Shown: piece by piece, positions 56,701 through 64,000 of the stretch
Position numbering within the stretch: the first letter of the stretch is position 1
Layout: each line of letters begins with the position of its first letter
Assembly (NCBI GenBank): GCA_964016885.1
Contig: OZ024744.1
Span: 120,652,001 to 120,716,000 of the forward strand
Length of the DNA stretch: 64,000 nt
Source: Eledone cirrhosa
Lineage: Eukaryota
Reading direction: 5' to 3'
Translations under genes and position numbers: made by a program
Notes under the pieces: model-generated
Told to the model about the DNA's origin: nothing
Databases searched by the model: none
Seen by the model: only the letters and a program-made list of their open reading frames with translations

Positions 56701-59700
56701 TATCAGAGCTGTGATCTCTCAATTCAGAGATTCTTTCCTGAGACATTCTAACCACATGTCATAGTATCAGTGCTGTCATCTCTCAATATAGAGATTCTTT
56801 CCTGAGATATTCTAACCACATGTCATAGTATCAGAGCTGTGATCTCTCAATTCAGGGATTCTTTCCTGGGATATTCTAACCACATGTCATAGTATCAGAG
56901 CTGTGATATCTCAATTCAGAATTTCTTTCCTGATATATTCTAACCACATGTCATAGTATCAGAGCTGTGATCTCTCAATTCAGAGATTCTTTCCTGAGAA
57001 CTTCTAACCACATGTCATATTATCAGAGCTGTGATCTCTCAATTCAGAGATTCTTTCCTGAGACATTCTAACCACATGTAATAGTATCAGAGCTGTGATC
57101 TCTCAATTCAGAGATTCTTTCCTGAGACATTCTAACCACATGTCATAGTATCAGAACTGTGATCTCTCAATTCAGAAATTCTTTCCTGAGACATTCTAAC
57201 CACATGTCATAGTATCAGTGCTGTGAACTCTCAATTCAGAGATTCTTTCCTGATACATTCTAACCACATGTCATAGTATCAGGGCTGTGATCTCTAGATT
57301 CAGAAATTCTTACCTGAGATATTCTAACCACATGTCATAGTATTAGGGCTGTGATCTCTCAATTCAGAGATTTTTTCCTGAGACATTCTAACCACATGTC
57401 ATAGTATCAGAGCTGTGATCTCTCAATTCAGAGATTCTTTCCTGAGACATTCTAACTATATGTCAGAGTATCAGATCTGTGATCTCTCAATTCAGAAATT
57501 CTTTCCTGAGACTTTCTAACCACATGTCATAGTATCTGAGCTGTGAACTCTCAATTCAGAGATTCTTTCCTGATACATTCTAACCACATGTCATAGTATC
57601 AGAGCTGTGATCTCTCAATTCAGAGATTCTTTCCTGAGACATTCTAACCACATGTCATTGTATCGGATCTGTGATCTCTCAATTCAGAGATTCTTTCCTG
57701 AGACATTCTAAACACATGTCATAGTATCAGAGCTGTGATCTCTCAATTCAGAGATTCTTTCCTGAGAAATTCTAAGCTCATGTCTGTAGTATCAGAGCTG
57801 TGATCTCTCAATTCAGATATTCTTTCCTGAGACATTCTAACCACATGTCATAGTATCAGAGCTGTGATCTCTCAATTTAGATATTCTTTCCTGAAATATT
57901 CTAACCACATGTCATAGTATTAGAGCTGTGATCTCTCAATTCAGAGATTCTTTCCTGAGACATTCTAACCCCTTGTCTGTAGTATCAGAGCTGTATGCTC
58001 TCAATTCAGAGATTCTTTCCTGAGACTTTCTAACCACATGTCATTGTATCGGAGCTGTGATCTCTCAATTCAGAGATTCTTTCCTGAGACATTCTAACCA
58101 CATGTCATAGTATCAGAGCTGTGATCTCTCAATTCAGAGATTCTTTCCTCAGACATTCTAAGCACATGTCATAGTATCAGAGCTGTGATCTCTCAATTCA
58201 GAGATTCTTTCCTGAGACATTCTAACCACATGTCATAGTATCAGAGCTGTGATCTCTCAATTCAGAGATTCTTTCCTCAGACATTCTAAGCACATGTCAT
58301 AGTATCAGAGCTGTGATCTCTCAATTCAGAGATTCTTTCCTCAGACATTCTAACTCCATGTCCACAGTATCAGAGCTGTGATCTCTCAATTCAGAGATTC
58401 TTTCCTGAGATATTCTAACAACATGTCATAATATCAGAGCTATGATCTCTCAATTCAGAGATTCTTTCCTGAGACATTCTAACCACATGTCTGTAGTATC
58501 AGAGCTGTGATGTCTCAATTCAGAGATTCTTTCCTGATACATTCTAACCACATGTCATAGTATCAGAACTGTGATCTCTCAATTCAGAAATTCTTTCCTG
58601 AGACATTCTAACCACATGTCATAGTATCAGTGCTGTGAACTCTCAATTCAGAGATTCTTTCCTGATACATTCTAACCACATGTCATAGTATCAGGGCTGT
58701 GATCTCTCAATTCAGAAATTCTTACCTGAGATATTCTAACCACATGTCATAGTATTAGGGCTGTGATCTCTCAATTCAGAGATTTTTTCCTGAGACATTC
58801 TAACCACATGTCATAGTATCAGAGCTGTGATCTCTCAATTCAGAGATTCTTTCCTGAGACATTCTAACTATATGTCAGAGTATCAGATCCGTGATCTCTC
58901 AATTCAGAAATTCTTTCCTGAGACTTTCTAACCACATGTCATAGTATCAGAGCTGTGAACTCTCAATTCAGAGATTCTTTCCTGATACATTCTAACCACA
59001 TGTCATAGTATCAGAGCTGTGATCTCTCAATTCAGAGATTCTTTCCTGAGACATTCTAACCACATGTCATTGTATCGGAGCTGTGATCTCTCAATTCAGA
59101 GATTCTTTCCTGAGACATTCTAAACACATGTCATAGTATCAGAGCTGTGATCTCTCAATTCAGAGATTCTTTCCTGAGAAATTCTAAGCTCATGTCTGTA
59201 GTATCAGAGCTGTGATCTCTCAATTCAGAGATTCTTTCCTGAGACATTCTAACCACATGTCATAGTATCAGAGCTGTGATCTCTCGATTTAGATATTCTT
59301 TCCTGAAATATTCTAACCACATGTCATAGTATTAGAGCTGTGATCTCTCAATTCAGAGATTCTTTCCTGAGACATTCTAACCCCTTGTCTGTAGTATCAG
59401 ATCTGTATGCTCTCAATTCAGAGATTCTTTCCTGAGACTTTCTAACCACATGTCATTGTATCGGAGCTGTGATCTCTCAATTCAGAGATTCTTTCCTGAG
59501 ACATTCTAACCACATGTCATAGTATCAGAGCTGTGATCTCTCAATTCAGAGATTCTTTCCTCAGACATTCTAACTCCATGTCCACAGTATCAGAGCTGTG
59601 ATCTCTCAATTCAGAGATTCTTTCCTGAGATATTCTAACAACATGTCATAATATCAGAGCTATGATCTCTCAATTCAGAGATTCTTTCCTGAGACATTCT

Positions 59701-59800
59701 AACCACATGTCTGTAGTATCAGAGCTGTGATGTCTCAATTCAGAGATTCTTTCCTGATACATTCTAACCACATGTCATAGTATCAGAGCTGTGATCTCTC
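50750..59800. repeat. Variable-length higher-order repeats (41, 53 and 22 monomers)
   Basis: Marker CTTACCTGAG at 51282, 53911, 57309 and 58721 (spacings 2629, 3398, 1412). The 3398 offset is confirmed by GGGG at 52957 and 56355 and TCTAAG at 53046 and 56444. Confidence 0.82.
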
Positions 59801-62800
59801 AATTCAGAGATTCTTTACTGAGACATTCTAACCACGTCATAGTATCAGAGCTGTGATATCTCAATTCCAAGATTCTTTCCTGAGACATTCTAACCACATG
59901 TCATAGTATCAGAGCTGTGATTTCTCCATTTAGATATTCTTTCCTGAGATATTCTAACCACATGTCATAATATTAGAGCTGTGATATCTCAATTCAGAGA
60001 TTCTTTCCTGAGATATTCTAACCACATGTCATAGTATCAGAGCTGTGATCTCTCAATTCAGAGATTCTTTCTTGAGACATTCTAACTCCATGTCCACAGT
60101 ATCAGAGCTGTGAACTCTCAATTCAGAGATTCTTTCCTGAGACATTCTAACCACATGTCATAGAATCAGAGCTGTGATCTCTCAATTCAGAGATTCTTTC
60201 CTGAGAACTTCTAACCACATGTCTGTACTATCAGAGCTGTGATCTCTCAATTCAGAGATTCTTTCCTGAGACATTCTAACCACATGTCATGGTAGCAGAT
60301 CTGTGATGTCTCAATTCAGAGATTCTTTCCTGGGATATTCTAACCACATGTCATAGTATCAGAGCTGTGATCTCTCAATTCAGAGATTCTTTCCTGAGAC
60401 ATTCTAACCACATCTCATAGTATCAGAGCTGTGATATCTCAATTCAGAGATTCTTTGCTGAGACATTCTAACCACATGTCATTGAATCAGAGCTGTGATC
60501 TCTCAATTCAGAGATTCTTTCCTGAGACATTCTAACCACATGTCATAGTATTAGAGCTGTGATCTCTCAATTCAGAGATTCTTTCCTGAGAAATTTTAAC
60601 CTCATGTCTGTAGTATCAGAGCTGTAATCTCTCAATTCAGAGAATCTTTCCTGAGACATTCTAACTCCATGTCCACAGTATCAGAGCTGTGATCTCTCAA
60701 TTCAGAGATTCTTTCCTGAGACATTCTAACCACATGTCATAGTATCAGTGCTGTGATCTCTCAATATAGAGATTCTTTCCTGAGATATTCTAACCACATG
60801 TCATAGTATTAGAGCTGTCATCTCTCAATTCAGAGATTCTTTCCTGAGACATTCTAACCACATGTCATAGTATCAGAGCTGTGATCTCTGAATTCAGAGA
60901 TTCTTTCCTGAGACATTCTAACCACATGTCATAGTATCAGAACTGTGATCTCTCAATTCAGAAATTCTTTCCTGAGACATTCTAACCACATGTCATAGTA
61001 TCAGGGCTGTGATCTCTCAATTCAGAGATTCTTTCCTGAGACATTCTAACCACGTCATAGTATCAGAGCTGTGATCTCTCAATTCAGAGATTCTTTCATG
61101 AGACATTCTAAGCACATGTCATAGTATCAGAGCTGTGATCTCTCAATTTAGATATTCTTTCCTGAGATATTCTAACCACATGTCATAGACTTAGAGCTGT
61201 GATCTCTCAATTCAGAGATTTTTTCCTGAGACATTCTAACCACATGTCATAGTATCAGAGCTGTGATCTCTCAATTCAGAGATTCTTTCCTGAGACATTC
61301 TAACTATATGTCATAGTATCAGAACTGTGATCTGTCAATTCAGAAATTCTTTCCTGAGACTTTCTAACCACATGTCATAGTATCAGAGCTGTGAACTCTC
61401 AATTCAGAGATTCTTTCCTGATACATTCTAACCACATGTCATAGTATCAGAGCTGTGATCTCTCAATTCAGAGATTCTTTCCTGAGACATTCTCACCACA
61501 TGTCATAGTATCAGAGCTGTGATCTCTCAATTTAGATATTCTTTCCTGAAATATTCTAACCACATGTCATAGTATTAGAGCTGTGATCTCTCAATTCAGA
61601 GATTCTTTACTGAGACATTCTAACCACGTCATAGTATCAGAGCTGTGATATCTCAATTCCAAGATTCTTTCCTGAGACATTCTAACCACATGTCATAGTA
61701 TCAGAGCTGTGATTTCTCCATTTAGATATTCTTTCCTGAGATATTCTAACCACATGTCATAATATTAGAGCTGTGATATCTCAATTCAGAGATTCTTTCC
61801 TGAGATATTCTAACCACATGTCATAGTATCAGAGCTGTGATCTCTCAATTCAGAGATTCTTTCTTGAGACATTCTAACTCCATGTCCACAGTATCAGAGC
61901 TGTGAACTCTCAATTCAGAGATTCTTTCCTGAGACATTCTAACCACATGTCATAGAATCAGAGCTGTGATCTCTCAATTCAGAGATTCTTTCCTGAGAAC
62001 TTCTAACCACATGTCTGTAGTATCAGAGCTGTGATCTCTCAATTCAGAGATTCTTTCCTGAGACATTCTAACCACATGTCATGGTAGCAGATCTGTGATG
62101 TCTCAATTCAGAGATTCTTTCCTGGGATATTCTAACCACATGTCATAGTATCAGAGCTGTGATCTCTCAATTCAGAGATTCTTTCCTGAGACATTCTAAC
62201 CACATCTCATAGTATCAGAGCTGTGATATCTCAATTCAGAGATTCTTTGCTGAGACATTCTAACCACATGTCATTGAATCAGAGCTGTGATATCTCAATT
62301 CAGAGATTCTTTCCTGAGACATTCTAACCACATGTCATAGTATTAGAGCTCTGATCTCTCAATTCAGAGATTCTTTCCTGAGAAATTTTAACCTCATGTC
62401 TGTAGTATCAGAGCTGTAATCTCTCAATTCAGAGAATCTTTCCTGAGACATTCTAACTCCATGTCCACAGTATCAGAGCTGTGATCTCTCAATTCAGAGA
62501 TTCTTTCCTGAGACATTCTAACCACATGTCATAGTATCAGTGCTGTGATCTCTCAATATAGAGATTCTTTCCTGAGATATTCTAACCACATGTCATAGTA
62601 TTAGAGCTGTGATCTCTCAATTCAGAGATTCTTTCCTGAGACATTCTAACCACATGTCATAGTATCAGAGCTGTGATCTCTCAATTCAGAGATTCTTTCC
62701 TGAGACATTCTAACCACATGTCATAGTATCAGAACTGTGATCTCTCAATTCAGAAATTCTTTCCTGAGACATTCTAACCACATGTCATAGTATCAGGGCT

Positions 62801-64000
62801 GTGATCTCTCAATTCAGAGATTCTTTCCTGAGACATTCTAACCACGTCATAGTATCAGAGCTGTGATCTCTCAATTCAGAGATTCTTTCATGAGACATTC
62901 TAAGCACATGTCATAGTATCAGAGCTGTGATCTCTCAATTTAGATATTCTTTCCTGAGATATTCTAACCACATGTCATAGTCTTAGAGCTGTGATCTCTC
63001 AATTCAGAGATTTTTTCCTGAGACATTCTAACCACATGTCATAGTATCAGAGCTGTGATCTCTCAATTCAGAGATTCTTTCCTGAGACATTCTAACTATA
63101 TGTCATAGTATCAGAACTGTGATCTGTCAATTCAGAAATTCTTTCCTGAGACTTTCTAACCACATGTCATAGTATCAGAGCTGTGAACTCTCAATTCAGA
63201 GATTCTTTCCTGATACATTCTAACCACATGTCATAGTATCAGAGCTGTGATCTCTCAATTCAGAGATTCTTTCCTGAGACATTCTCACCACATGTCATAG
63301 TATCAGAGCTGTGATCTCTCAATTTAGATATTCTTTCCTGAAATATTCTAACCACATGTCATAGTATTAGAGCTGTGATCTCTCAATTCAGAGATTCTTT
63401 ACTGAGACATTCTAACCACGTCATAGTATCAGAGCTGTGATATCTCAATTCCAAGATTCTTTCCTGAGACATTCTAACCACATGTCATAGTATCAGAGCT
63501 GTGATTTCTCCATTTAGATATTCTTTCCTGAGATATTCTAACCACATGTCATAATATTAGAGCTGTGATATCTCAATTCAGAGATTCTTTCCTGAGATAT
63601 TCTAACCACATGTCATAGTATCAGAGCTGTGATCTCTCAATTCAGAGATTCTTTCTTGAGACATTCTAACTCCATGTCCACAGTATCAGAGCTGTGAACT
63701 CTCAATTCAGAGATTCTCTCCTGAGACATTCTAACCACATGTCATAGAATCAGAGCTGTGATCTCTCAATTCAGAGATTCTTTCCTGAGAACTTCTAACC
63801 ACATGTCTGTAGTATCAGAGCTGTGATCTCTCAATTCAGAGATTCTTTCCTGAGACATTCTAACCACATGTCATGGTAGCAGATCTGTGATGTCTCAATT
63901 CAGAGATTCTTTCCTGGGATATTCTAACCACATGTCATAGTATCAGAGCTGTGATCTCTCAATTCAGAGATTCTTTCCTGAGACATTCTAACCACATCTC
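59800..64000. repeat. 28-monomer (1,792-bp) higher-order repeat, about 2.3 copies visible
   Basis: GGTAGC at 60291, 62083 and 63875, and TTCCAAG at 59865, 61657 and 63449. All spacings are 1792 = 28 x 64. Confidence 0.92.

Larger units (their letters stand above)
1..64000. repeat. Tandem satellite array of a 64-bp monomer, about 1,000 head-to-tail copies, running off both window ends
   Basis: The motif CTTTCCTGAG recurs at 1, 65, 129 and onward (period 64). A perfect consensus copy lies at 6471-6534. Every line of the window matches the monomer in the same orientation with only a few substitutions or 1-2 bp indels per copy, and I saw no unique sequence. Confidence 0.99.

Noticed and set aside
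1-64000. CRISPR array (a period of about 64 bp and palindromic segments resemble repeat plus spacer)
   Set aside because: There are no unique spacers: all 64 positions are conserved between units. No leader or cas genes are present.
1-64000. Tandem tRNA, 5S, snRNA or SINE array
   Set aside because: I could not recognise a cloverleaf, a Pol III A/B box (no GTTCRA), or other RNA-gene motifs on either strand.
1-64000. Telomeric repeat (TAACC within the monomer)
   Set aside because: CTAACC occurs once per 64 bp, not in tandem, and there are no G-rich tracts.
1-64000. CENP-B box or a known alpha, beta or mouse satellite
   Set aside because: The CENP-B box needs two CpGs and the consensus has none. 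Monomer length and sequence do not match those families as I know them.
1-64000. Pure assembly or sequencing artefact
   Set aside because: Complex variants recur in conserved order across blocks, and the blocks also have private differences, as expected for a real evolving array. Individual junctions and copy number still need read support.

Overview
The whole 64-kb window is one uninterrupted, head-to-tail tandem array (about 1,000 copies, all in the same orientation) of a 64-bp monomer with consensus CTTTCCTGAGACATTCTAACCACATGTCATAGTATCAGAGCTGTGATCTCTCAATTCAGAGATT (25/64 = 39% GC, no CpG). It looks like eukaryotic satellite DNA, but I cannot assign a named family or organism. I see no credible genes, RNA genes, transposon insertions, inversions or CRISPR spacers, and the three listed ORFs are by-products of the repeat. 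The information lies in the repeat's structure. The monomer is tiled by overlapping quasi-palindromes. There are recurrent 62-, 63- and 65-bp monomer variants. Nested duplications run from 3 to about 110 monomers, and a clean 28-monomer (1,792-bp) higher-order repeat sits at the right end. Diagnostic variants turn over in layers along the array. All offsets were counted by hand from marker variants. I found no evidence for a novel protein-coding system.
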